Origin: Octopus sinensis
Taxonomy: Eukaryota
DNA length: 64,000 nucleotides
Assembly (NCBI RefSeq): GCF_006345805.1
Contig: NC_042999.1
Location: forward strand, 87,854,001-87,918,000
Reading direction: 5' to 3'
The notes beneath the pieces are model-generated. The model was not told the origin of the DNA, did not search any database, and was given only the letters and a program-made list of their open reading frames with translations. Made by a program: the position numbers and the translations under genes. Below, piece after piece: positions 11,405-24,190 of the stretch (its first letter is position 1; the number at the start of each line of letters is the position of its first letter).

Positions 11405-13099
11405 TAGCGGTACCATCTGGGGTTAATACACCTAAGTGGTATTAAAATATTTACAGGGTCACTATTAGTGTAAAAAATGTGATAGCGTTTTCAGCTCGGT
11501 AGCTTTGTTCTTTTTTTGTTTTGCAGATTTATGAAATTTCACCAATACTCATACTGAAGTACTTCTGCGCATGATGAATGCAACACATGGGACATCGTTC
11601 ACACTTCTAGCAGAAATTAGAATGACCAGAACAAGCTCCTTGTATACTCAAACAGTCTTGTCAAAAAACACCACAGACTGGATCAGGAGCTGTGAAAATT
11701 AAAGACAATTCTGTCTGGGGATCTTCAGATAAAGAAACAAGATCTCAGTCAAACATGGCTACCAAGCACCGAGCAAAAGGTCATTCCCGACACTGTTACC
11801 AAATTTCTCTATTACTTGCTGACTGGGGAAAACGTGACCCCCAGAAAGTATCAAGCGTCTTGCTACTTCTTTTGTAAGTGACCTAGTGCTTGCTTTTATC
11901 TGTTGCAAGGCAAGCTGAGGATACTTGTGTTCCGATTTTGTACTTGGGGTTCTGGAGAAAAATCTCGTGCTCCCTGTACCAGAAATATGGTACAAAGAAC
12001 AGAAAACGCTTCCTTGACATTACGATGCTTTGATTAGCATGCATGCCTTCACAAGCTGTGATACAGTCCGTACCTTTGCTGACCGTGGAAAGCTGACAGC
12101 GTTCAAACCGATGAAATTTAACAAGACCTTCCAAAAAGTCGTCAGTGAACTGAGGCGGTCTTGGGATGTTTCTTCTGAACTGTTTCAAAAGCTACAGATG
12201 ATAACCTGCCAAATGTACATGCCTTCTGCTTCAACAACTGAAATAAATAAACTTCGATGCCAGCTCTTTTGCGCTAGGCGTGGAGAAATTGAGTCGAGTC
12301 AACTACCTCCATGTGAGAACTACCTGTTCATGCATGCCCTTCGTGCAAACTGCTAAGCAGTCATCTGAAGATGTCTACAGATCCAACCCTTTCTTCCAAG
12401 CCCCATCGACTTTGCTTAGATGCGCAGCTCACCTGCACTGGATGTTGTTCTACAGCTTTTGTCCTGCAAATGTGTGCGTTCCTGCAAACTACCAGCATGC
12501 AGCTGCCTCAGCAATGGCTTGAGGTGTACATACATGTGCAAGCTACGAATATGTGACAACGAAGCTCCTGAATTCGGCGACAGAGAGCCAGAATTAGAAC
12601 GGATAGATTCTGAGATGAGCACGATCATTAGCTTCATGGTATGCTGGGTACCCATGTCAGATTCAGAACATGGCTGACCTGCAGCTGCTATGCTACCAGA
12701 AAATCTTTGTTGAGTTGAAAACTATTGATACAATCTTTCCTATGGGCATGGCTTGTGTGTATATGAGAAAACTGGACTGTCTTGATGCGTCATGTTTAGT
12801 TTTATGTTCAAGACATATCATTCATATGAAATATGCAATTCAGTTTTATATTAAGTATAAACACATGTTCATTAAATTCTGATCTGTGGATCATTTCTTT
12901 GCTCTTGCAACAGTCAAAATAAGAGATGTCTGTGAAATATTTGTATGCGGTTTCTTATGGACGGTATGTCTATTTATGAAATGATAATTACTACTAAGCT
13001 AACATTCTGACAAGTCTATCATATATAAACAGGAACTAGAGACATATAGCAAGTTAAAAATTATCATAAGAATTATTCTCCCCATGTGGTACCGATGCA
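11405..13099 (+). mobile_element. Internally deleted Academ-like DNA transposon
   Basis: Imperfect TIRs: CGGTACCATCTGGGG (11408-11422) versus CCCCATGTGGTACCG (13080-13094). Internal frameshifted coding has HAFTSCDTV...GK, SQLPPC...HALRANC and LLSCKCVRSCKLPACSCLSNGLRCTYMCKLRICDN. This matches the XPG-like plus Cys8 C-terminus described for Academ; the superfamily call is from recall and no search was run. Confidence 0.6.
11690..12590 (+). pseudogene. XPG/FEN1-like nuclease segment plus CXC/Cys8 zinc finger of the Academ-like protein, frameshifted
   Basis: ORF pieces 12030-12356 and 12420-12677 in different frames, with stops between them. Confidence 0.65.
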
Positions 13100-14387
13100 G
13101 AAATTTTGGGGTCTGGGCTGAAGGACTATGAGTTTATAACTAACGTTGTGCTGCTGCTCAATATCCAGTCACTGAACGTTGTAGCTTACTGCTTTCAGAA
13201 TGTGATACCGTGAAAATTAATGCTCGAAACATTCCTGAATCGCAGTAATGTTAGAAGTAATGACTCACGAGCGAGTACTTACTTCTAACATACGTCTTTA
13301 CTAAACAACAAAATGACTTATTTTTCATTACCCTCTTGATAAAGACTATATTCGATAAATAGTCACAATATTTTTATTCCTTAAGCCAGTGATTCTCAAT
13401 CGAGGTCCAAATGACTCTTAGGTGTCCATGTTAGATTTTGACTTTTGACATTAAATTTATGTGCAATAAACCGGTTTCACTTCTTCAATACACGAAATAT
13501 ATTAAGCGTTTTTTATACAATTCGTAATGGTATATAATTATAAAAATATGATTACAAATTGTATAGAATATCTGGGGGGAGAGGGGCTAAACAAAAGCAA
13601 TAATTGAATATTAATGCATGTGATATAACATTATGAAGCATCATTTTTGTGTCCTTGATCACAAGATTAAACTAAAATGTCTGTTATACATTTAAAGTGA
13701 GGTCTATGTTTATGCATTCCATCTTACCTAACTGTTTGGATAGAAATTTACAATTAGATATTCTGGGAAGCATCATTTCCCTAAACTATTCTGAATGTAT
13801 AAATGACGTAAAAATATTTATTCGACAAAGAATGTTTAAAGTTCACATTTGCAAACCTGTCGTCACCCGTTGCTGTTCACTGCTTCCACAACACAGGCGG
13901 TATTTACATTAATATAAAGACCTGCTTAGCATGGAAGTGACATTGATATGGCCAAATCTAATGTGATAAAAGAAATCTAATTTAAGCAAAGTGATAGTAT
14001 CTAAACAATTTTAAGCAATACTCTATGTGACGAACATTATTGATACGCACTATTACATTCTGCAAATATTTTCATTACATAGTTTAAAATAGAACTATAT
14101 ATTTCTCTGTTTAAATGTTGCAGACTTTTCTTGCACTATTACAATGTTCCTTTGTATAGTATCTTGAAACAAAGAGAAAACTTCATACTAATTAAACTCA
14201 TTTCTTTAAGAATATTTTATAAAAGAACCTCTTGTAATGTTTGGTGCTTCTTTCTTTAAAGAAAATATTTTTCAAAAAACAACTATTAACTATTCCCATA
14301 TGGTCAATCGGCCTCATCATTTCACTAAATCAATTGTAAGTATATATACTGACAGATTGATTTAGCCGAACAAAGAGCGATTGACAA

Positions 14388-14440
14388 GTCACTGCTTATG
14401 AGCTCATGATTAACAGGCGAAACTAGTCTAATCCAGTGAC
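14388..14440 (+). ncRNA. Degenerate hammerhead relic
   Basis: GTCACTG-CTTATGA-GC...GC-GAAAC-TA-GTC-TAATC-CAGTGAC. Shows an ACTAGT palindromic helix III, a GUC site and 7-bp GTCACTG/CAGTGAC complementarity, but the core G is changed to T and stem I is offset by 5 nt. Confidence 0.4.
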
Positions 14441-14489
14441 CTCTAGAGTCGTTGTGCGCGCCATACAGCATTATGAAGGTCTAACTCTT

Positions 14490-14612
14490 ATTTATTACAA
14501 TATTTGTGCTTGGCCTCCCTCAGTCACAATTAGCAACGATTGAAATCTTCCTTTTTGGCTTTATATTGCGCGTAGCTGATTGTACTACACACACAAACAC
14601 ACATATATACAT

Positions 14613-14651
<39 letters not shown>

Positions 14652-14905
14652 CACACATATTTACACACACACCACACACACACATATATACACTTATACA
14701 TATGATTGATCGCTAGCCACTAAACCTTTTTTCTAATTTTCTCTCTCTGCTTATTTGTGTGTTCGCTTCTGTTGAAGAGCGTAGACTTGAAACGTAAAAG
14801 ACTTTCTTTCTTCCCGAGCGTTAAACTAATTCATCTGTTTGTTGTTTACACATCCGTCTTGTCTTTTGTCTTGTTTTTCTTTTGTAAATTCCAACTATAT
14901 ATATA
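14490..14905 (+). mobile_element. Penelope-like element 3' terminal fragment (pseudo-LTR) with CA microsatellite
   Basis: Contains the hammerhead-like CTGTTGAAGAGCGTAGACTTGAAACGTAAAAG at 14769-14800, then a pyrimidine-rich tail ending at (TA)n. Upstream IFVLGLPQ.. weakly resembles a GIY-YIG ORF end. Confidence 0.5.
14765..14801 (+). ncRNA. Hammerhead-like variant (core CUGUUGA), degenerate
   Basis: CUGUUGA-A-GAGC(GUAG)ACUU-GAAAC-GUA-AAAG. Stems I and II are only partly paired. Confidence 0.4.
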
Positions 14906-14981
14906 TACACACACAGACACATATATATTACACATACACGCATACACGCATATATATGCGTATGTGTAATTAATATATATA

Positions 14982-15021
<40 letters not shown>

Positions 15022-15056
15022 CTCTGTGTGTCTTTGTGTACAACATATATATATAT

Positions 15057-15500
15057 ATATGAAAGGATGAGTAAATTTTTTTTTGTAGTTGTAGCTTTAA
15101 TTGATAGTTCAAACAAATTACATATGAAGAGCGTATAATTGACAAAACATTTCCCATCTGTTGCTATCGTTGTGCCAGAAGCTTACTTCTACGTTTAAAC
15201 AATTCGGCTTGTTTAGAGGTTAAAGTACCCCTGCACTCGTGCTCAACCTCATCCACATTGTTGTATCTCTATCCCATGCAAGAAATCAGCCATGACTCGG
15301 AAGAAGTAGTAATCTAATGGTACAAGTTCTGGAATGTAGGCATAGTGAGCAGCACTTCCAGTTCCTTAAGTTCCTGAAGTTTGTACTTTATTACATTGGC
15401 ATTGCGTGCTGAAGAACTGCTATGTTTAGGAGTGCGCAATTTCGATTGACCAATGCTGGACAGCTGGCTCCTAAAACATCACGTATTCGCTGCAGTTATT
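15057..15500 (-). mobile_element. Mariner 3' fragment, degenerate
   Basis: Minus strand KLQELKELEVL / HYAYIPELVPLDYYFFRVMADFLHG corresponds to HPxYSPDLAPSDYxxFR. Confidence 0.7.
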
Positions 15501-15769
15501 AAGTATAAAAGTTAACGTTCACAGCACGACAATAAATTATTCCGTAAGGGGGATATAAAGCGTTGTACCGTTGAAACAGCTATGATGTTCTGTTGTTCTG
15601 ACGAGCTAGCTTTTTTTGTTTGCTTTAATTCGTGAATAGACAATTGTATTGTATAATGTTGAAAATACATGTTTGCATTAAAATGTACATGTTTTTGAAC
15701 AAGAAATTCAGACTACAGGAAAAAGTTTATAAAACGCTTTTATCATATGGAAGTCATATGGGTAAATAA

Positions 15770-15903
15770 ATGTGTGTGCATGTGTGTACGTGTGAATATT
15801 TGTGTGTTTCTGTATGTGTGTGTGTGTGTGCATGCGTATAAGTGCGTGCGCATTTGTGTGTGTGTGTGTGTGTGATTGCGTGTGTGTGTGTCTGTGTGTG
15901 TGT
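15770..15903. repeat. Imperfect (TG)n microsatellite
   Basis: Direct reading. Confidence 0.95.
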
Positions 15904-17569
15904 TCTACACAGTTCGACAGTGGCTGTCAAGTTTCGCTTCAGTTGCGACCAGACTGTCGAACATGGACAGCTGAGCTGAAATTGTTGAGTCACTATAAGA
16001 CATTTCTTAATAATTATGAGACCCTACTTATATGTCTCGAGTTTTCCTTCAAATAATGTGTGACTGTTTCATTATAAATAACATACACACACGATCCTGT
16101 ACATCGTGAGCCAAAATTGAAACATTTACTTTACCTGTACTCCATATTTAAATTCAGCGTATTTAAATTCAAGTGACTGAAAATGTGAATTAAGAACGCC
16201 AAATTTTATATTAGACATCACATATATATTTCTTATGCAATAATATTGTATTTAACTCTATATCAAACAATATCAAACAAATAGAACAAGATATCTGGGG
16301 AACAACATACATTAAGAAGTCAGCTCAGGTGAATTATAGAAGCTATGGTGAAGAGACGAGCTGAATGTACATATAGATTCTGAATATAAAACGCTTGCTC
16401 TGAGGATCTATAAGAACTGACTAGTTTGCTACAGTTATACATTTGCAAACTTTGTCTTACCCGGAAAACTCCCAAATGTAGCAGCAAAAACAGACAATAT
16501 TTCTTTATTTCATCAGCATAGAATATATCTATGTTAAATAACATGGCTTTTATTTCTCTTTAGTAGAACGCGATTTGGTATCTGAAAAATATTCGAGAAT
16601 AATATCATCAAATTACTTGGTAAATTCAGAATAACATTTTCAATTCAGAAATTTACGGAAATAGATATATATTTGTACCAGTCAGAATTACATTATACAT
16701 AATATGTAGTTACTCATAACTGCTTGCAGGTGTATATGCATTAAAATAGTGCTGCATTTATAATAAAATTATTTCGTATCTTTTCGGTCATCATCAATTT
16801 ATCCTCATATTTACAGAGTAATATAAGAAATTTCAACAATATCTCTAATGATGTAGCTAACTGCATTCACTTTCTCTGAATGCAAATGTTAGGCCTCATA
16901 GTGAAGGGTCATTGCTGAAAGTTTTCTTCACTTTTCTCCTTTGCACCTGATCGAAATATGTTCTAATTGCAGACTAATTGAAGCCTATAACAAGCGGTGC
17001 GTAATGGCATAGCTATTTATCTGAACAAATAGCGAGTATTCAATAGAAGTCGGAAGTATTTTTTTATCTGTGGGATTTATATCTGTATAGTTTTCGATCA
17101 GCTTTAATTTGGTTAGCTGTTGCTTTATTCGGTAGTCTCGATCAAGTTTTTTCCTCGTCTTTGATGTTTGGTTTCACATGAAAGCTTTTCACAAACAAGT
17201 ATTTTAAGTGTAACATTTATGCATCTAATGCAATCATTGTTATATGGCACTGCTATTAATGGTTTCTATGGTACAATTAAGTTGAATATAAAGTGTGAAC
17301 CAAGTGAATTATTGCGTTTATAAAGGATTAGTTCGTTAGTTATATAATATGCAAAAACATAACAAGTTAACTTTAAGGATTGTGGTTTTTCATTTTGTGA
17401 AAAGCATAAATTTGTTTGTTGATACTTAAGATTGCAATTTACATAAAAGGTAAGCTTACAAAGATGCTAAAATTTTTATTAGTATACCACTATAAAATGC
17501 ATTAAAAAATATTATAAATGTCCAAAAGTCTCAGAAAAACAAAAGAAGTATAAACGGATTAAAAAAATA

Positions 17570-17810
17570 TAATTACGTAGTGAGGAAGTAAGAGCAAAAG
17601 GTCCAGTGTTTGGGACAGAAGAATTTTGCAAGGCTCATATGTAAAGAAGGAAAAGATAGGAGAAATAGTTTTAAGTGCAAAGCGCACGCAGGAGGACGGA
17701 AGAAAAACTGAAGTGGAAGGGTGAAGGAGTGTGTTCGAATTGTGTTTTGAAGCTATATGAGTGAAGAATGTGACAGAAGGCAAAAATAGTAAAATGTGGA
17801 AGTGAATATG
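17570..17810 (-). mobile_element. Possible Penelope-like RT C-terminal fragment, highly degenerate
   Basis: FLPSSCVRFALKTISPI weakly resembles the PLE segment F(P)xSVVxxALxRISxI. Adjacent to clearer PLE pieces. Confidence 0.3.
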
Positions 17811-18079
17811 CAAGTTATGTGTGTTCCTAGGTGAATGTGAATAGGTGCCTAGGGAATTGTGTATGTGTGTGTGCGTGTGATTTTTTTCTCGTGTGACTGT
17901 GTGCGGATGTTTACGCTCTGACGAGTAGAATAAGTAGTCTTCAATTAAGATATCAGTGTCATTATATCTGACTATGCACTTCTAGTGTGTCTTTTATTAA
18001 TTTAATATTCAGCCTTGCTATGCTTATTGAACATATCTAACTATATGCATATTTGAACATGTGAGAGCATACATGATTG

Positions 18080-18700
18080 CTGTTTGTGTATGTGCAAATG
18101 TTGGAGAGGGTTGCTGGGGGCTATTAGTGTGTGATGGAGTTGAGAGGAAAGGAAGAACTTTGGTAACTGTTCAGTGCCTTATCAAACATTCAATTTCCTT
18201 CCAGCTATCCTGTTTGTTGCAAGTAATTCTTCTTCGCTGACATAAAGTCACCCATTTTTTCCTCTTCCTTCAATTCTTCAGCTACCAGACTTACTGCATG
18301 CAACCCAAATTCATCTGCTTCTTCACATGTTTCTGTTTCACACCTCTAAGATTTTTCCACATTGATTATCAAGTCCCTTTATATTGCATTCTCTCCGACG
18401 ATGGTCTCTTAACAATAAAATAGCTCCTTGATCTTTGGAATTCACTTGATCACTGCAACCCAGCAATCTCTCCACCTCACTAAACTAATCTTTATCCTCA
18501 GCTGCTCCTCCTTTTCAAATACCTCTATTAGTAACTCACTGAGTTGGCAATGGGCACGAGGATGAAATACTTCTATGTTGATCTGTCAGTCATATTGAGT
18601 CCCAAGTCTTCTCCCAGTTCATTAAACCTAAAGTATTGGTATCACCTGTGTTACATTAAGAAGGTTTATTGCTATCAGCTGCGTTATCAACTAAGTGAGT
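18080..18700 (+). mobile_element. Penelope-like reverse transcriptase remnant (core RT)
   Basis: Across frameshifts: KSLY..I(L)SDDGLLTIK*LLD and LAMGTRMKYFYVDL..IESQVFSQF. These correspond to PLE DVxSLYTxIPHxxGL and GVAMGTxMGPxYAxLF. Confidence 0.7.
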
Positions 18701-18789
18701 GACTTTTATTTGGATGCGTTATAATATGTTGCTGTTAGTAGAAGTATAGTGTATGATAAACTAAACTTGACCTACACCAGAATTACTCA

Positions 18790-19690
18790 TCTGAGGAAAT
18801 CTAAAGCCGCAAGATGAGATATAGATGAAACCTGTAGGCAGATAGTTGAGATAGCAATGGCGTTACTGATGTAGAGAGGAAATGAATATATTTTTCTTGA
18901 TGTTACCAATCTCACGTTTCACATCTTCCGCTGCAGCGTTGTGGAAACATGAAAACGTTTGTTGAGTTTGGTATTGCATCAGGGAAGTTAAGGGACAATT
19001 CTGGAATGGTTTAGCTCTCTCGGATGCATCTCAAATGTTTTCAGTTATCCCAGTTACCTCTTTGTATAGAGTATAGGATGAATCACATTGCCGACAAGAC
19101 GAATTAGTGTTAGCTTGAAGTATTACAGCGTGCTAGCGGTAGGGGTGTTGTAATGTATACGGATATATGGTGTACGGAATTTATTAGTCAGTGGTTGTAC
19201 GATCTGATGGATGTAAAGCGGTGATATTTTATTAAAGCTTACATTAGGCGGTAAGGAAGAGAGCCATTGTACTTGGAGAGATAGATACGAGTGATTATTA
19301 ACATTTAGAGAATATTCAGTATGGTAAATGGTTCAGCTTCTGTAACAGCAGAGGTGATGCACGAAAAGCATGTGAATCACTGAGGACATAAGTTTTGGAG
19401 GAGAGTGATGTGAGATAAATGGTTTCATGCAGGATGTGAGAGAGTAGTAGTAATGGTAGTAGTATAGCCGATGGAGGTTAGAGGACTTTTGTGATCCGTA
19501 GAGACAACTTTGTTACTGATGTCTAAGTGAGGGAAGCTTGAAAGGAGAAGGATGGTTTCACATACGTGTTGCCATCACCTTTCAAGAGAAAAGTTGGAAT
19601 TTAGAGAGTAGCTTAGATATTAGCAATGGGTTGCAGAAAAACAAATTGCCACATAATTGAATACGATGACTGATTAACGTATTGATAATG
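18790..19690 (-). mobile_element. Penelope-like RT C-terminus plus GIY-YIG region remnant, inverted relative to 18080-18700
   Basis: Minus strand SSFPHLDIS (LPFLDI), TTLSHPAC (SSHPxxCK) and GNVIHPILYTK (NVIYCIxCTKC). Confidence 0.55.
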
Positions 19691-20261
19691 TGCAATGGGA
19701 AGGTACCAGATCCGACACAAATCAAGAGGTGTTTCGATATTGAGAAAACGTATTCTCTATTTCTTCTTGTATGAAGATTATTTGATTAGATTTCATTCTC
19801 CTATGATTTTCATGCTTATATAGCTTATAGGGAAAAGAGGAAAAAGTACAATTTATAAGTTGTTAGTAATCTGTAAATAGTCCAAAAGAATATCAATGGC
19901 TGGCAGTATACCTCTCAAAATTCGTTCTTCATCTTGGGTAAGTCCTGAAATGGGTGAGAAAAGGATGTGTTGAGGGAAACATATATAAAGTGAAATGTTC
20001 AGATGAGAAATTTGAATGAGAAAATATGATAATAACTCTAATGTCGCTTTGTGAAATGCATTTCAGAATGCCGGTCTGAAATAGCTTCTATGAAATCCTG
20101 TGTAAGTGTTAGTCGGTTCAAATTCACATTATGAACTTTTACATTTTCTAGCTCAAATCTGACGGTAGTTTTGTCTCGTTGAGACTTCTTTTAATCCTCC
20201 TTTTAATGAAAAAGTTAAATATAATATTGTACCGTGACTTTTTAAAAATTCTTTTATTCTT

Positions 20262-20455
20262 TTACTTATTTCACTTATTTGACTGCGGCTATGCTGGAGA
20301 ACTGCTTATAGTCGAACAAATTGAGTCCAGGATTTATTCTTTGTTTGCCTGGTACTTATTCTATCGGTCTCTTTTACCGAACCGCCAGGTTACGGGGACG
20401 TAAAAATCCCAACACCGGTTGTGAAGCGATGGTGGGGGACAAACATACACATATG

Positions 20456-20498
<43 letters not shown>

Positions 20499-20668
20499 GA
20501 TGGGCTTCTTTCAGTTTCTGTCTACCAAATCCACTCACAAGGCTTTCGTCGGCCCGAGGGTCCGAGGCTATAGTTGAAGACACTTAGCCAAGGTGTCACG
20601 CAGTGGAATTGAACCCAGAACCATGTGGGTGGGAAGCTAGCTTCTTACCACACAGCCACTCCTGCGCC
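20262..20668 (-). mobile_element. tRNA-head SINE family A, full length, internal (TA)n
   Basis: Minus-strand head GGGCGCAGGAGTGGCTGTGTGG (A-box-like) and GGTTCAATTCC (B-box). Tail GCAGTTCTCCAGCATAGCCGCAGTCAAAT. Confidence 0.92.
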
Positions 20669-23604
20669 CAGAGGAATTTTTTTGAAATATATTCCGTTTC
20701 GTAATGAGAGGTTCATTACTAATGTATTTTTGAAAGGTTAAGTAAAGAATTAGTATAAAACTAACTTTGTATTTCTGTGAAAATAGAATGACATGTTTCT
20801 GACATTTTCTTATGCTCAAATAAAAAAAAAGAAAACATTCGAAACAAGTTAATATATTTCGTCTTAATTATTCGAATATTTAATTGCTTACTTCCTCAGT
20901 TTATCATTATGTTGATAGTTCAAACACGTTTTTAAAACTAACGATTAAAATTAAGTATAACCTTGCCACGAACCGAAGAATTTCGCGTTGTGCTGTGGTT
21001 GTACTCAGTCTAACTGTAAACACATTTGGTTGCTTTATATCATGTTTCTGCCTACAATGTTCAAAGAAAGCATTTTATCAGGTTTTATCAGTAATATAGT
21101 AAGAACTATTGCAATATTTCATAGTAACTGTACTTCAAAGGAGATAGAAAAGCCAGGTAATCAGTTCTCGTGATTAAACTTTATTGAATAAGCGAACAGT
21201 TGGTTATATTAATCTTTAAAATGCTGAAATCTACGCTTTACCATTGCTTTCAGAAGGGTAACATGGGAACGTAGTCCTATCTACTTGCTCCTAATTGGTA
21301 TTTTCATATCAAATTCTTTATGAAACACAGCACTGGAAACGAAAACACTGACAACGATCCAAAATTTGTATTGGAATCAGATAAATGAACGATGTCTTTT
21401 AAACTTTATATAAAAATAGGTTTTAATGTCATCACATCACGTAACTGATACACACCAATTCTGATAGAATTAAAGAGTAGTTTTGCCAAGATATATCAAC
21501 ATGTAATTAGAGACAATAAATGCAATGCTAAAGCCAAACGTGAAACATTGAATCTTATTTATGTTAGCTTCTCTTTACATGACATCCAAAATCTACGAAA
21601 AACATCTCAAAATATCTAAATGAATATAAACTATGAAAGCAAATATGTCAGAACGAGTTGATAAAAAATGTATTGAGAAAAAAAGTAAACGTTTCACATA
21701 AATCTGTGATGTAATGTGGAACCTTAAAAGAAAAATTAAATTATTCTGCTTTCACCTGAAGTTTTGTCGGTTTCACGCATCATAGAGACACACCCACGTC
21801 GACACACCTAGGAATGTTTCTCTTGCTTTGTCCTAATTAAATTCTTTGAGAAGCAGTAAATGTGTATATGTTTCAATTTAATCCTTTCATGTGTACGCTC
21901 ATTACAGCAATCTGAACGTCAAGGAGATCGTTACATTTTTAATGGTACACTCATTAAAAATATGCAACTGTATTTGCTTAAGATCTGCCATACCTCTCTA
22001 CCTATTTCTGTCTTTGCTCACTGTCTTTTATTATAATGTGTAAGCATTTTATCTGCGCATGTGCAAGATTTCTCGATTCGTCTGTACTTTTGAGAAAGAA
22101 ATCGAAAAGCAGTGCATATATGTTTTATAAAAAAAAAACGTACAACCATACCGGCGCATGCACGTACACATACACACACACGAACACACACACGAACACA
22201 CACACATACAAACACATATTTGCCTGGAAGTTCAAGGAATATATATAAATATATTTACGTGTGTGTGTATGCGTGTATGTGTGCGTTTGTGAATGTGAGT
22301 ATATGAGTATGTGCTTGTGTGTAATATGTGTACACACTTCTGGAGAACCCTAAAACTTTAAAACGCAAAACAAAATAAATTAGTAGTAGAACAAAAGGAA
22401 ATCATGCCTTACTATTTTACAAAATATCTTTCATCTGTATTCATTTGACTTGTCTAAAATAGTTTATTGGATGCATATTGGTTATATTTAACCGAAAAAT
22501 AGCATCCACCCGAGCGTTGCATATGTTATTATCGACTCAATACTTCGCTTCCTGTTCTTCTACCTTTTGGCCAGAATACCATCAGTCTATTGTTTTTCGA
22601 GACATATCGATCGTTCCTACATTTAGAAACTTCTGCATTGAAACGAAACGGGGAATAGATGGAGGTGGAGGAACTATAGTAATACAAAGAAAAAAAATTA
22701 AAGATGAAAGTCAAAATGAACTTTTTGCTCTGACAATCAACTTAATAGAAACTGATCATACCGCATATTTGTTTGTTTTAATTAACGACGAAACCAAGTA
22801 ATCGTGCTATTCAAATTTTGAAAATTTATTCTACTTTTTAATACTTTTCACGATTCTTCTAATACTTTGTATGATTTTTTTCCTAATATGTATGATTTTT
22901 CTACTTTCTATGATATTTTTTCTTTTCAAAGACATGAATTATTTCTGAATTGGTCCTATTGTTACCGTTCTGTTAAATAGGTAACTGATTTTCTGACATG
23001 ATGTTTGAGATTTATTTGTATTTTCGTAGTGTACTTTAAATGTAAGAACGTTTCGGTTATTCTTTTCATAAATTAGATGGTGTTTTAGAACATTTAAATG
23101 ATTTATATATTCGTAAATAATGTACCGGAATATTCTCCATATTACTTTTTAAAAATGTATCACATAATTTTCATTCATATTTCCAGAACTTTATATTTGG
23201 AAATTTGGAATTAAATTACGCATTTGATATTTATAACAATATGTATTAGTTTATTTGAATTGATTTTCAACATGTTTTTCATTAGTGGTAAATAGCAACT
23301 CATTTATGGAAAATTTCCTTATGTTTTCAAAAATAAAATGTTAGGAACAAATATTTAGTTTAGAAAAGAGAATCATACTGCATGCAAAAAACTCAGTTTG
23401 TCATATTTTCTTTGATATTCACATCCCTTCTTTCAATGAGCACAATTTATACATAAATGCATGCATACATACATACGTACATGCATATAAAGTATTAGAG
23501 GGCAACAGCAGTATTAACAGGAAGAGTAACCGCTTTAAGACCTGCGATACCTACTAAACACCTGATAAACAAAAAGGGCAATGATACCAGCAAATCTCCA
23601 CATA

Positions 23605-23730
23605 CATTCATACATACATGCATACATACCTACCTACCTACATACATGCATACATACATACATACATACATACATACATACATACATACATACATACATA
23701 CATACATACATAATGATGTATATATATATG

Positions 23731-23762
<32 letters not shown>
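23605..23762. repeat. (TACA)n followed by (TA)n microsatellite
   Basis: Direct reading. Confidence 0.95.
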
Positions 23763-23909
23763 CTTGAAAAAAGATCTATGAACTAGAATTTCTATTATTA
23801 AAAGTTAAAAAAATTATACATTAAACTGATTAGAACTATGATAACTATCAGAACTATTCTTTTTTCTTATTTCAAATATATCTAACTGTACCAAGCATCT
23901 CACACATTT

Positions 23910-23949
<40 letters not shown>

Positions 23950-24063
23950 TTATCTATCTTATATGTATATTCAATATGTCCCAGTTTGTATTTTTTTTAC
24001 ATATACATATATATAGTGGCGCCCCTACCCTTTTGGTCTTATATGTAAGAGTATATATATATA

Positions 24064-24098
<35 letters not shown>

Positions 24099-24140
24099 CG
24101 GTTATATCTCTTATATGTATATTGAATATATAATACACAC

Positions 24141-24190
<50 letters not shown>

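Noticed and set aside
17915-17945. CTGACGA near the PLE remnants
   Set aside because: No downstream GAAA or stem II, so it is not a hammerhead.
20590-20668. tRNA-like A/B boxes (also 24750-24805 and 54609-54690)
   Set aside because: These are SINE heads continuing into SINE bodies, with no cloverleaf or acceptor stem; they are not tRNA genes.
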